Shown in pieces: positions 1 through 9,546 of a stretch of DNA of 64,000 nucleotides (position 1 is the first letter of the stretch; every line of letters begins with the position of its first letter). The DNA is from Armatimonadota bacterium (GTDB lineage: Bacteria > Armatimonadota > UBA5829 > DTLH01), in the NCBI GenBank assembly GCA_039679675.1, contig JBDKUN010000065.1, positions 1-64,000 on the forward strand. Reading direction: 5' to 3'. The position numbers and the translations under genes are program-made. The notes beneath the pieces are model-generated. The model saw only the letters and a program-made list of their open reading frames with translations. It was not told the DNA's origin and did not search any database.

Positions 1-416
1 AAGTGGCGCCAGCAACACTTGTGTCGGTCCTACACATCGTATTTCCCATCTTGGTACTACAACTTGCATAAGCCGATACTGCTAGCTCGACAATAATATA
101 GCAATCAGGCTGGCAGATGTCAAATAATATTTACAGGAAATGTATATGATATTTTTGTTACACTGAGGCATCGCAGACCAAACATCCAGTATATCTTTCT
201 GTGCTGCCACAAACAGCATCCCCTGATATTAGATGAGATTGTTCTGACCATTCACTGACCGCAGCTATACTTAAATAGACTGTGCTATAATTAATGAGAA
301 AAGCCCCGCCAGGCAAGCATACAGATTTGATGCCGTTATCGGCATCGTGTAAACGGGCAGTTCATCCTCTGGCGGGGCGTGAGCTGCCTGTTTTGCATTT
401 TGGGGGAGATGATAAT

Positions 417-590
417 ATGGGATCAATCCGCAGAATTGGCAATCTCAATGATTTGAAGTGGCAAATATCCATTGAGCTTCCGCGCGAAAGCGACAGAAAA
501 CGCCAGCAGCTTTTCGAAACCGTCCACGGCTGCAAACGCGAAGCCGAGAGCAGAATGAATGAGCTGCAAGATATCCACGGCAAGAAATAA
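417..590 (+). CDS. Stand-alone integrase arm-type DNA-binding domain protein (57 aa)
   Basis: ATG at 417 after a GGGGGAG RBS. MGSIRRIG..KWQISIEL..RKRQQLFETVHGCKREAESRMNEL aligns with the N-terminus of the downstream integrase (GSIRPRG..RWQITYEL..KRKQGYETVHGTKRDAQRRLNEI). Confidence 0.75.
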   Translation: MGSIRRIGNLNDLKWQISIELPRESDRKRQQLFETVHGCKREAESRMNELQDIHGKK

Positions 591-601
591 TCAGGTGAAT
601 T

Positions 602-1792
602 ATGAGCGGAACAAGAGGATCAATCAGGCCCCGTGGAGACCATCGTTGGCAGATCACCTACGAGCTGCAGAAGGACGCATCTGGAAAACGCAAGCAGGGA
701 TATGAAACAGTCCACGGCACAAAACGAGATGCCCAACGACGGCTAAATGAAATTCTTGCCGAGATTCAAGCGGGGAAATATATCGAGCCGTCTAAACTGA
801 AACTTGCGGATTTTTTGGCGCAATGGCTCGAGTTCGCAAAAGCCACGCTTGAGGAAAAGACGCGGGAAGAATATGCGAAAATCATCCACACGCATATCAA
901 TCCGAACATCGGCAATATTCTCCTTTTCGAATTAAGACCATTGCACCTACAAAAGTATTACAATAATCGTTACGAAAACGGGCGTATTGTAAAGCCCGTA
1001 AAGCCACGAAAAGAGGGTGAACCGAAACCGAAGCCAAAATCCAAAGGGCTGTCTGCGTTAACTGTACGCCATCACCATACCCTACTCCACAAAGCGCTCG
1101 CAGATGCTGTTGCCTGGCACTTGATACCAAGTAATCCGGCTGATGCCGCTAAACCGCCAAAACAGACAAAGTCGGAAATGAAGATTCTCAATAAGGATGA
1201 GATCAAAAAACTACTCGATCATGCCCGACCACACAATTACAATATTGCAATAGTGTTAGCTATATCAACTGGCATGAGACGTGGAGAGATATTGGCTCTT
1301 CGCTGGAAAGATGTCAACCTGGATGCTAAAACAATAACCGTATCCAGCTCTCTGCAGCAAACAGACGGTAGGAGATTAACGATCAAGGGAACAAAGACAG
1401 GAAAAAACAGGGTTATACCAATCTCTCAAAAGACTGTAGATGAATTGATGAAACAAAAAGCCCGGCAGGCGCAAAACAAGCTCCTATTGGGCAGAGAATA
1501 TAAGGTTACAGGCCTTGTATGTTCACGGTCTGATGGCTCGATGGTAGTACCTGATCTCCTTACCGATGCATTTAGGATAATGGTAAGCCATCTGGATATT
1601 ACCCAGATACGCTTCCATGATCTGCGCCATACCCATGTCGCCTTACTCATAGCCCAAGGCGAGCATGTGAAAGTCATCTCTGAACGCCTTGGACACTCAT
1701 CTATTTCGATCACAATGGACCGTTACGGGCACCTCTTCCCTACTCTCAATCAATCAGTTGCTGAGAAATTCGATGAAGCTCTTGGATGGTAA
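602..1792 (+). CDS. Tyrosine recombinase/integrase (phage/ICE type)
   Basis: Catalytic motifs TGMRRGE, FHDLRH, LGHS and DRYGH; N-terminal arm domain and SAM-like core; lies next to a tRNA 3' end. Confidence 0.95.
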   Translation: MSGTRGSIRPRGDHRWQITYELQKDASGKRKQGYETVHGTKRDAQRRLNEILAEIQAGKYIEPSKLKLADFLAQWLEFAKATLEEKTREEYAKIIHTHINPNIGNILLFELRPLHLQKYYNNRYENGRIVKPVKPRKEGEPKPKPKSKGLSALTVRHHHTLLHKALADAVAWHLIPSNPADAAKPPKQTKSEMKILNKDEIKKLLDHARPHNYNIAIVLAISTGMRRGEILALRWKDVNLDAKTITVSSSLQQTDGRRLTIKGTKTGKNRVIPISQKTVDELMKQKARQAQNKLLLGREYKVTGLVCSRSDGSMVVPDLLTDAFRIMVSHLDITQIRFHDLRHTHVALLIAQGEHVKVISERLGHSSISITMDRYGHLFPTLNQSVAEKFDEALGW

Positions 1793-1802
1793 TTCCTAAT
1801 TT

Positions 1803-1821
1803 GGTGGGCAAACGGTGGGCA
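1803..1821 (+). repeat. Tandem GGTGGGCA direct repeat, putative integrase arm-type binding sites
   Basis: GGTGGGCA at 1803-1810 and 1814-1821 (11-bp period), between the integrase stop and the tRNA. Confidence 0.55.
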
Positions 1822-1882
1822 GAAGGCCGGATTCCCACATTTCAGGTAATTCATTACCCTGTGGAAAACCAGTCATTTTGAA

Positions 1883-1971
<89 letters not shown>

Positions 1972-1990
1972 GCATGAGGTGATTTCTTAA

Positions 1991-2020
1991 TAAAATGGCG
2001 GGGAAAACCCCGCCATTTTA
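1991..2020. terminator. Perfect hairpin/terminator inside the tRNA cluster
   Basis: TAAAATGGCGGGG-AAAA-CCCCGCCATTTTA. Confidence 0.7.
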
Positions 2021-2029
2021 CTTTAATAT

Positions 2030-2105
2030 TGGCGCCCTTGGAGGGAATCGAACCCCCTACGCCCTCCTTAGGACGGAGGCGCTCTATCCAGTGAGCTACA
2101 AGGGC
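2030..2105 (-). tRNA. tRNA-Arg(CCT)
   Basis: GCCCTTG acceptor stem, CCTCC-GTCCTAA-GGAGG anticodon arm, TTCGATT T-loop, CCA end. Confidence 0.92.
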
Positions 2106-2108
2106 TTG

Positions 2109-2184
2109 TGGCGCGCTTGAAGGGATTCGAACCCCCGACCTAAAGGTCCGCAACCTTTCGCTCTATCCCCTGAGCTACAAGCGC
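2109..2184 (-). tRNA. tRNA-Arg(GCG)
   Basis: GCGCTTG acceptor stem, AAAGG-TTGCGGA-CCTTT anticodon arm, GGTTCGAATCC, CCA end. Confidence 0.93.
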
Positions 2185-2201
2185 ATATTTCCAACGGTGT
2201 T

Positions 2202-2230
2202 AGTATACCACCTGGCCTATGCCCTGTCAA
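2202..2230 (-). promoter_or_regulatory. Sigma70 promoter of the tRNA operon
   Basis: TTGACA-N17-TATACT with an extended TG, on the minus strand just upstream of tRNA-Arg(GCG). Confidence 0.8.
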
Positions 2231-2248
2231 CAAATCTAGAGAGCAAAT

Positions 2249-3514
2249 CTAGCAGGCAGGCGCAGGGGTAAGCGGAAATTTAACAGTGAATGTGGACCCG
2301 CGTCCAAGCTCACTGCGCACGCCTATCTCTCCGCCCAGCACCTTGACCAACCTGCTGGTAATGGCAAGTCCTAGTCCCGTCCCTCCATTAGATGACTTCT
2401 GTCCGCCGACCTGCCTGAACTCCTCGAATATTGCCTCGAAATCGCTCTGCTTTATGCCTATACCCGTATCGGAGACAGATATAACGGCCTGATTTTCACA
2501 TAAATACGCCTTTATGGTTACACGTCCTTCGGGTGTGAACTTTACGGCGTTTGAGACCAGGTTGGTGATGATCTGGGTCAGCTTCTGCTCATCGGTGTAT
2601 AACGTAGGAAGGCCCTCCTCAAGCTCCACCGAAAGAGTCAAATTCCTGCCTTTTACGAGCGGGGCCATCGTATGCGTCACGTAATCCGTAATGGAAGACA
2701 ACCTGACCTTGGACAGCCGCAATTCCATCCTTCCTGACTCCATTTTGGCCAGATCGAGAAGATCATTGATCATCTTAAGCAGGCGTGCAGCGTTCTGGTT
2801 CACCCGCTGCAGCATCTCCTTTTGTCTGGGTGTGAGTTTTCCTTCACTTTCTTCAAGCAAAATCTCAGTAAACCCGGTAATCGAAGTCAGTGGAGTCTTC
2901 AGGTCGTGAGCAGTGCCAAGTAAAAACTTGTCTTTCTGTTTCACGGTCTCGATAATTCTCCTGTTTTCAATCTCTACCGCCTCGGCACGCTCCTCCTGCT
3001 CATTTTTTGCCGTCAACTCTTCCCTACCGGACTCATTGAGAGCCCTTGATCGATGAAGAGCGTAACGTGCGCTTATCGCAGAAGACATGCTTTTGCAAAT
3101 GCAGTCGGTCATATCAAAAACAGGAGATGAATTCTCGCTTGATTTGGGGATAGCCACGGTAATGGCTGCTTCTGGATACTCGTGTCCGTTATCGCGAAGC
3201 ACTATTTTGCTGCTGTGAAAAGTAAACTGGTCAGAACCACGGACACATGCTAGGTCGTCCGGTGCAGCAGTGGCTTTCCAGAGGTAATCAAGCCGGCTTC
3301 GGGCATCATCCCGCGTCATATTATCGAAATAAAACAACATGGGCACGCCCGGCGCGACTGGGGAAGGGCCGGCATGATCGAGCGCAAACAAACCAACGAA
3401 AGCGCCTGCCGTACGCGCTGCTGATTCCGCCGCTTTAGCAAGATTTTCGAGGTCGATCAATTGGTGAAGCTGCATCCTGCTGTGATATATTGCTGCCTTG
3501 CGTTTATCAGTCAT
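2249..3514 (-). CDS. Sensor histidine kinase (HisKA + HATPase_c), cytoplasmic N-terminal sensor
   Basis: H-box AHDLKTPL, N-box NLVSNAVKFT, G1 DTGIGI, G2 GGTGLGL. Confidence 0.93.
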   Translation of the reverse strand: MTDKRKAAIYHSRMQLHQLIDLENLAKAAESAARTAGAFVGLFALDHAGPSPVAPGVPMLFYFDNMTRDDARSRLDYLWKATAAPDDLACVRGSDQFTFHSSKIVLRDNGHEYPEAAITVAIPKSSENSSPVFDMTDCICKSMSSAISARYALHRSRALNESGREELTAKNEQEERAEAVEIENRRIIETVKQKDKFLLGTAHDLKTPLTSITGFTEILLEESEGKLTPRQKEMLQRVNQNAARLLKMINDLLDLAKMESGRMELRLSKVRLSSITDYVTHTMAPLVKGRNLTLSVELEEGLPTLYTDEQKLTQIITNLVSNAVKFTPEGRVTIKAYLCENQAVISVSDTGIGIKQSDFEAIFEEFRQVGGQKSSNGGTGLGLAITSRLVKVLGGEIGVRSELGRGSTFTVKFPLTPAPAC

Positions 3515-3572
3515 TTGTAAATCTTGTTTGATACTTCAGTACATGAATATGCAACTTAGCACATTAGGCATC

Positions 3573-3601
3573 AGTATATTCCAACCCTAAGAATATGTCA
3601 A
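3573..3601 (-). promoter_or_regulatory. Sigma70 promoter for the histidine kinase
   Basis: TTGACA-N17-TATACT on the minus strand. Confidence 0.7.
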
Positions 3602-3780
3602 TATTAAGGTTCTCTAGAACATAAGGTATTGTTATCAATCACTTCATCCACTATATTTACTATTCTGCATTTTCTGCCTATTGCTATGCAGCGGCGTTGA
3701 CAATTATTGACATTTTAGTGATTGTGAGTTGCACAGCTTGCTTATTGCTGTACCATTTATTGTTTGCAGGATTGTTATGC

Positions 3781-3809
3781 TTGACTGCTAAGAATATGCA
3801 AAGTATACT
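3781..3809 (+). promoter_or_regulatory. Sigma70 promoter for the activase gene
   Basis: TTGACT-N17-TATACT. Confidence 0.65.
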
Positions 3810-3894
3810 GTGGTGATAATCCAACCCGCTCTGCATTATCACCCAGAGCCGATGGGTAGACTATCTGGACAAAGCATCATAGGAGGCAGTTCAC

Positions 3895-6800
3895 GTGGCT
3901 TTACGCATCGGGATGGACATTGGTTCCGACACCGTTAAAACCGTCATTGTACGAGACGGCGATTCCGTTCAAGAATTACCGATTTTATCTATTCAGGGGC
4001 AGCCGCTCAGACGAGCAAAGGAAGCTATCGAAGAAGCCCTAAAGGTCGCAGGTGATTCCTCCGGCAATGGAGGACCGGTAATCCTGGGCTTAACCGGCGC
4101 GGGTGCGCCTGGTATATCCGAACTCATCGGAGCCGACCGCATCGACGAGCCGAACGCGCTCGCGGCATCCATAGACCGGTTTTACCCCGACGTTCGAACA
4201 GTCGTAGAAATGGGCCGCGAAGGCCAGAAGTATCTTTTGTTCGAGCGAGACAAGGTTTCCGGCAAACTCCTTATGGCTGATTCCAACCTCGGCAACAAGT
4301 GTGCGGCTGGAAGCGGCTCTTTCCTCGACCATATGACCAAGCGTCTCAATTTCGGCCGCATAGATGAGTTTGCCCGTGTCGCTCTTGAGACTGTCAACCC
4401 CGCAAGCCTTTCAGGCCGCTGCAGTGTCTTTACGGAATCTGATATAGTGCACCTTTACCAAAAAGGCACGCCAAGAGAGAGAATTGCAGCCGGAATTCAT
4501 CAGGCTATTTGCAGGAACTACCGGTCAAGCTTCGCCCGCGGCAAACAGTTTATACCTAAAGTCGCGTTCATAGGAGGAGTCTCGGAAAACCCAGCAGCTG
4601 TCAAGTTTTTGTCAGCAGAACTCAATCTCGACGGCGAGCTTTTCGTCCCGAAGCACAACAGAACGCTTGGAGCCATCGGAGCAGCGCTTCGAGCCGCTAA
4701 ACCGATCAACCTCAAGGATGCCTTAGCCGCTCTTGACGATAAGATGAACCGCCCGGTCGAGTATGTAAGCACAAATCCGCTTAAATTCGAGCTTTCAGAG
4801 ATCCTTCCGCCTCCGGCGGACAACAATATCCCAACTGATATAGCTGTAGCTGCGCTTGGGGTAGATATAGGATCGGTCTCAACAAAAGCCGCTCTTGTAA
4901 CAGAGATCGACGGCAAGTTCCATGTGCTTGCAAGCCACTATAGAAGAACTGACGGCGACCCCCTGGCTGCTGTCTGCGATACATTGAGCAAGATTAACGA
5001 CCAGATCAAAGAAAACGGCTACAACATCGGCAAAATTTACGCCGCAACTACGGGTTCTGGGCGTTATTTGACCGGCGATTATATCGGCGCGGACCTTATT
5101 AAGAACGAGATTACAGCTCAGGCGAACGGCGCTATCGCATTTGTTGACGATGTTGAAGGCATTCTGGAGATAGGCGGGCAGGACTCCAAATTCATCAGGA
5201 TGCACGGCGAGGTCATAACCGATTTCGAGATGAACAAGGCGTGCGCCGCCGGATGCGGCGCTTTTCTGGAGAAACAGACAGCACGTCTCAATATTCCCAT
5301 TAATGAGTTCGGCGACCATGCACTTAAAGGCAAGAGACCGCCTGATCTCGACTGGACATGCACAGTATTTACAGAGTCTGCAATGGTCTATTTCCAGCAG
5401 GCTGGAGTTCCGATTGAAGACCTCTGCGCCGCTGTGTGCATCGCGTCTGTCAAGAACTACATGAACAAGAATATCGGCAACCGCGATATCGGGAAAAAGA
5501 TCGTTTTCCAGGGGGCAGTTGCATTCAACAAAGGTATGGTCGCAGCTTATGAGACGGTGCTTGGACGAAAAATCGTCGTCCCGCCCTACCCTCACCTGAC
5601 CGGAGCCATCGGGGCAGCCCGTCTTGCGTTCAAAAACCATCCTGAGCAGTCGAAATTTGTCGGGTTCGACAAGGTCGTTCAGGGTAACTACACAATTGGC
5701 TCGTTCGAATGCAAAGCATGCCCGAACGCCTGCGATGTCAACACTTTCCAGGTGGAAGGCGGCCCCAAGTACTACTATAACGACCGGTGTGAAAAGTACA
5801 GCGCGATCCACAAGAAAAAACTCGGTGAGAACCTCCCCGATCTCTTCGAAGAGCGCGAGCAAATGCTCTTCAAAGTCTATGACAAGAAGGCTCCAGCGGG
5901 AGCACCCCGAATTGGAGTCCCTCGCGGGCTGATGTTCGCTGAGTATTTTCCGCTCTACAATGCGTTCTTGACCGAACTAGGGTTCGAGGTAGTGCCTTCA
6001 GACCGAACAACCAAGAAAATTGTCGAGATGGGGCTTACCGCATCTATCGGCGAGCCGTGCTATCCTTACAAAGTTACCCATGGGCATTATGTCGACCTGA
6101 TCGAAAAAGGCGTCGATATGATCTTTTCGCCGGGAATCCTCTCGACTGAAAAGAAAAACCCGAATCTGAACGAAGCACAGACCTGCCCATATCTGCAGGC
6201 CGCGCCTGAGGTCATCGCCACCAACACAGGCATTAAAGAAAAGGGTATCAAGTATATAACGCCTAGAATCCACTTCATGAGAGGGAAGAGGCATCTCAAC
6301 AGAGTCTTTTCTGAGCTCGCTGTGCAACTCGGAAAGACCAAAGCAGAAGGCCTGAAAGCACTCGAAGTGGGCTTGGATGCGCTTCAGCGTTTCCGCAACT
6401 GGCAGGAAGAGCGCGGCAAAGAAATACTGGACTCCCTTGGACCGAACGACACGGCATTCGTCATCATCGGCCGACCGTATTCGCTTTACGACAACGTAAT
6501 CAATATGGATATCGGCAAAAAGGTGCAGGACCTGGGGATATTGGCTATTCCGCAGGACTTCATCCCGCTCGACAGCGTCGATATATCCGATGCATGGCCG
6601 AATGCTTATTCAAGGCAGATTCAGAAAAAGCTCTGCGCTGGCAGGCTCATCAAAGAGGACAAGAGGCTTCGCGCCGTAGTCCTCACCTACTTTGGATGCG
6701 GACCGGATTCGTTTGCAAATCCGTTCTTTAAGGATGAGATAAACGAACCGTGCTACGTTATGCAGCTTGACGAGCACACTGCCGACGCAGGTGTCATAAC

Positions 6801-8184
6801 CAGAATCGAAGCATTCGCAGATACTGCTATGGCGGTTCAGAAATCCAAGGACCAGAAGCCTATTCGGACTGATGACCTGCCCATTACACGTCTTGCAGGC
6901 AGAAAGCTCTGGATTCCTTACGCATCGGACTCCGCCAGGATGCTTGCAGCCGTATTAAGGGCCTATGGGATAGATGCCGACGCCCTGCCCAGATCACCTG
7001 ATAAGGGCCTGAATCTTGCTAGAAAGGCTATATCGGAAGATGTATGCCTTCCCGCACTTGTGACGACGGAAGATATTCTTTACAGAGTCAGCCAGCCGGA
7101 CTTTGACGCTACAAAGGAAGCATTCTTCCAGGGCAATGCCGAGGGGCCGTGCCGGTTCGGCATGTATTACATGCTCCAGCGCAGGATTTTGGACAAACTT
7201 GGGCTGGAAAACGTAGACATGGTTACGCTTGGTTCGAAGAGTGAGCATGGCGGGCTTGGAACCCATTTTGCGATAGTCGCGTGGGATGCACTCGTGGCTC
7301 ATGACATGCTTCAGAAGATGCTTCACCACGCAAGACCTTATGAAATCAACCAGGGCGAAAGCGATGCAATGTTCGAAAAGTATATCCAGCGGATATGCAA
7401 GATGATGCCGGAGCACAAACGGCGGATTCAGGACGGCTGGGGTAAGGTTAAGTCTCTTTTCGGCAAGTCGCACCTTGGACCTATCCTGGATGTTCTTCAT
7501 ATTGCGCAGCAGGATTTTGCGAATATTCCCAAGCGAGATGAAGAACGGCCTCTCGTCGGTGTGGTCGGCGAGTTTTTCGTCAGGATTCACGATGGAGCCA
7601 ATCAAAATATCGTCCGAAAGATCGAAGCATGCGGCGGCGAAGCATGGCTGGCTCCTGCCACTGAGTTCTTCGGCTACGCCAACTACATAGACAAGATCCT
7701 GTCAAGGGAGAGATGGCTTGATACCGGCGATAAATCGCATCTTTTGTATAACTGGACGCGTGCATTCAACAACAAGCTCGTCATGCGGGAGGAACACGCC
7801 ATGTTCCATGCTTGTCAGCCATTCCTTGAAGGATATGATGACATCGGTCCGGCCGAAGTCATCGAAAACGGCAGAAACTACGTCCACTACACCTTCGGCG
7901 GAGAAGCAATCTGCAGCATGGGCAAGAGTGAGGACTTTGCAGAACGCGGGCTTGCCGGAATAGTCTCTGTAATCCCGTTCAACTGCATGCCAGGAAACGT
8001 CGTGACAGCCCTTTCACAAGCGCTTCGGAAGCGGCATGACAACCTGCCGTTCCTCAATCTGGACTATGATGGATTCATCGATTCCAGCCGGGACGCAAAA
8101 GTGGCCAACTTCATGTGGCAGGTGAAAGAACGCTGGACCGGACAGCGTGAGAAGCAGGCTGCTTTACACCATGCCGATGAATAA
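3895..8184 (+). CDS. Acyl-CoA dehydratase activase-type multidomain protein (two BadF/BadG/BcrA/BcrD ATPase domains plus C-terminal DUF2229/dehydratase-like region)
   Basis: Two GxDIGS ASKHA motifs, KCAAGSG/ACAAGCG and RCSVF/TCTVF Fe-S cysteines, CxxCxxxC, FGCGPDS, PFNCMPG; GTG start after AGGAGG. Confidence 0.9.
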   Translation: MALRIGMDIGSDTVKTVIVRDGDSVQELPILSIQGQPLRRAKEAIEEALKVAGDSSGNGGPVILGLTGAGAPGISELIGADRIDEPNALAASIDRFYPDVRTVVEMGREGQKYLLFERDKVSGKLLMADSNLGNKCAAGSGSFLDHMTKRLNFGRIDEFARVALETVNPASLSGRCSVFTESDIVHLYQKGTPRERIAAGIHQAICRNYRSSFARGKQFIPKVAFIGGVSENPAAVKFLSAELNLDGELFVPKHNRTLGAIGAALRAAKPINLKDALAALDDKMNRPVEYVSTNPLKFELSEILPPPADNNIPTDIAVAALGVDIGSVSTKAALVTEIDGKFHVLASHYRRTDGDPLAAVCDTLSKINDQIKENGYNIGKIYAATTGSGRYLTGDYIGADLIKNEITAQANGAIAFVDDVEGILEIGGQDSKFIRMHGEVITDFEMNKACAAGCGAFLEKQTARLNIPINEFGDHALKGKRPPDLDWTCTVFTESAMVYFQQAGVPIEDLCAAVCIASVKNYMNKNIGNRDIGKKIVFQGAVAFNKGMVAAYETVLGRKIVVPPYPHLTGAIGAARLAFKNHPEQSKFVGFDKVVQGNYTIGSFECKACPNACDVNTFQVEGGPKYYYNDRCEKYSAIHKKKLGENLPDLFEEREQMLFKVYDKKAPAGAPRIGVPRGLMFAEYFPLYNAFLTELGFEVVPSDRTTKKIVEMGLTASIGEPCYPYKVTHGHYVDLIEKGVDMIFSPGILSTEKKNPNLNEAQTCPYLQAAPEVIATNTGIKEKGIKYITPRIHFMRGKRHLNRVFSELAVQLGKTKAEGLKALEVGLDALQRFRNWQEERGKEILDSLGPNDTAFVIIGRPYSLYDNVINMDIGKKVQDLGILAIPQDFIPLDSVDISDAWPNAYSRQIQKKLCAGRLIKEDKRLRAVVLTYFGCGPDSFANPFFKDEINEPCYVMQLDEHTADAGVITRIEAFADTAMAVQKSKDQKPIRTDDLPITRLAGRKLWIPYASDSARMLAAVLRAYGIDADALPRSPDKGLNLARKAISEDVCLPALVTTEDILYRVSQPDFDATKEAFFQGNAEGPCRFGMYYMLQRRILDKLGLENVDMVTLGSKSEHGGLGTHFAIVAWDALVAHDMLQKMLHHARPYEINQGESDAMFEKYIQRICKMMPEHKRRIQDGWGKVKSLFGKSHLGPILDVLHIAQQDFANIPKRDEERPLVGVVGEFFVRIHDGANQNIVRKIEACGGEAWLAPATEFFGYANYIDKILSRERWLDTGDKSHLLYNWTRAFNNKLVMREEHAMFHACQPFLEGYDDIGPAEVIENGRNYVHYTFGGEAICSMGKSEDFAERGLAGIVSVIPFNCMPGNVVTALSQALRKRHDNLPFLNLDYDGFIDSSRDAKVANFMWQVKERWTGQREKQAALHHADE

Positions 8185-8191
8185 AACCGAT

Positions 8192-8222
8192 CAGGCGGGG
8201 CTTCCTAAAGTCCCGCCTTTTT
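8192..8222 (+). terminator. Rho-independent terminator
   Basis: AGGCGGGGCTT..AAGTCCCGCCT followed by a T-run. Confidence 0.75.
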
Positions 8223-8270
8223 ACTTATTATTCGACCAGCCGCGTAAATTTTCGTAAATCTTACCCTCAC

Positions 8271-8295
8271 GGAACGAAAAAGTCTGTTAACCGTC
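8271..8295 (+). promoter_or_regulatory. Putative ECF sigma (autoregulatory) promoter
   Basis: GGAAC-N16-CGTC upstream of the ECF sigma gene. Confidence 0.55.
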
Positions 8296-8402
8296 AGAGA
8301 TATTGGGGAGCATGTGCGTTCGAGTTTCGTATAAATAAGTAGCTCAGCGCAGCAGTGGAAGGTTGCCCGCTGAGATAAAAATGCAAATGAGACCGCACAC
8401 GA

Positions 8403-8978
8403 ATGACGGGCCGTTCTGATGAATCAATCGTCGAGCTTATAAAGAGCGGCGACGACGAAGCATTTGGGTTACTTGTTCAGAAGTACCAGGACAGGATCTA
8501 TAGCACAATACTGAACTACGTGAATAGCGCGGAAGATGCTTCCGACCTTGCGCAGGAAACATTTGTTAAAGCGTATTCAGCGATGCACAGGTTTCAGGGC
8601 ACATCGGCTTTTTACACGTGGCTATACCGGATAGCGATAAACACCGCGATAGACCATCTGCGGAAGCGTCCGGGAGTGCGAGTGGATTCGCTTGAGGACG
8701 ACAGGTTTCAGGACGTAGGCTTCGAGCCTGCGGCCGACCGGTCGGCTGACCCTCAGCACGCCTTGGCACTCAAAGAAGAAAAACGTGTTCTAAAGCAGGC
8801 AATAAGCCGGCTTTCGGAGAAGTTACGTACAGCACTTATACTTCACGATATTGAAGGTTTGTCGCAGGATGAGATAGCTGAAATACTGGATTGCCCTGTC
8901 GGGACAGTGAAATCCAGGGTCTCACGAGCGAGATATGAGCTGAGATCGATTCTTGCGGAGTATTTGGAACGGCAGTAG
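8403..8978 (+). CDS. ECF RNA polymerase sigma factor (RpoE/SigW-like)
   Basis: Region 2 DLAQETFVKAY..FYTWLYRIAIN; region 4 EIAEILDCPVGTVKSRVSRAR. Confidence 0.95.
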   Translation: MTGRSDESIVELIKSGDDEAFGLLVQKYQDRIYSTILNYVNSAEDASDLAQETFVKAYSAMHRFQGTSAFYTWLYRIAINTAIDHLRKRPGVRVDSLEDDRFQDVGFEPAADRSADPQHALALKEEKRVLKQAISRLSEKLRTALILHDIEGLSQDEIAEILDCPVGTVKSRVSRARYELRSILAEYLERQ

Positions 8979-9001
8979 CAAGTTTTCTGCCGGTTAAGAC
9001 T

Positions 9002-9532
9002 ATGGGGGTGTCTGCATTGCATAATGAGTGTGAGAAGGTAAAGGATCTGATATCAGGTTACGTAGATGATAGCCTGACAATTAGTGACCGCACACTTGTA
9101 GCAGCCCATATCGCCGTCTGCGACAGGTGCAGGCAGGCCGTTAATGAAACACGCCTCCTTGTAACGCGGCTGTCCGGTCTATCGGGCAACCGCGCAGGGT
9201 TTGATCTATGGCCCTCGGTCGCGGAACGCATAGCCGAGAACAAGCGCAGACACACTTTCCGGCATCCGGTGCTGTCGTTCAGGAGTTGGAAAACATTTGC
9301 CATACCTGCGGCTGCAGTCGCGGCAGGGCTACTTTTCATAACAGTCAGACCCGCCGGTCCACCGCCTGCAGTAAAAGCCAAAGCAGCCGCCTACCAGCAG
9401 CAACAGGCCTCTACCGAGTATAAGGCATACATCCAGGCTTACTCCAGATTTCGAAGCGCACAGCCGCTTACCGACCGGGGAGCCATTGGAGCCGTAGAGC
9501 AGCTAAACCGCCGTGAAACAGTATCGAACTAG
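9002..9532 (+). CDS. Zinc-finger (zf-HC2) transmembrane anti-sigma factor
   Basis: HIAVCDRC (HxxxCxxC), one TM segment, directly after the sigma gene. Confidence 0.88.
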   Translation: MGVSALHNECEKVKDLISGYVDDSLTISDRTLVAAHIAVCDRCRQAVNETRLLVTRLSGLSGNRAGFDLWPSVAERIAENKRRHTFRHPVLSFRSWKTFAIPAAAVAAGLLFITVRPAGPPPAVKAKAAAYQQQQASTEYKAYIQAYSRFRSAQPLTDRGAIGAVEQLNRRETVSN

Positions 9533-9546
9533 GACGGAACTACTGG

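Noticed and set aside
294..416. N-terminal extension of the 98-aa ORF
   Set aside because: The RBS and the homology to the integrase both start at ATG 417.
4879..5862. Long antisense ORFs (e.g. 4879-5862, 27128-28108, 33831-34793, 52663-53778, 58570-59325)
   Set aside because: Shadow frames opposite well-supported genes, with no motifs of their own.
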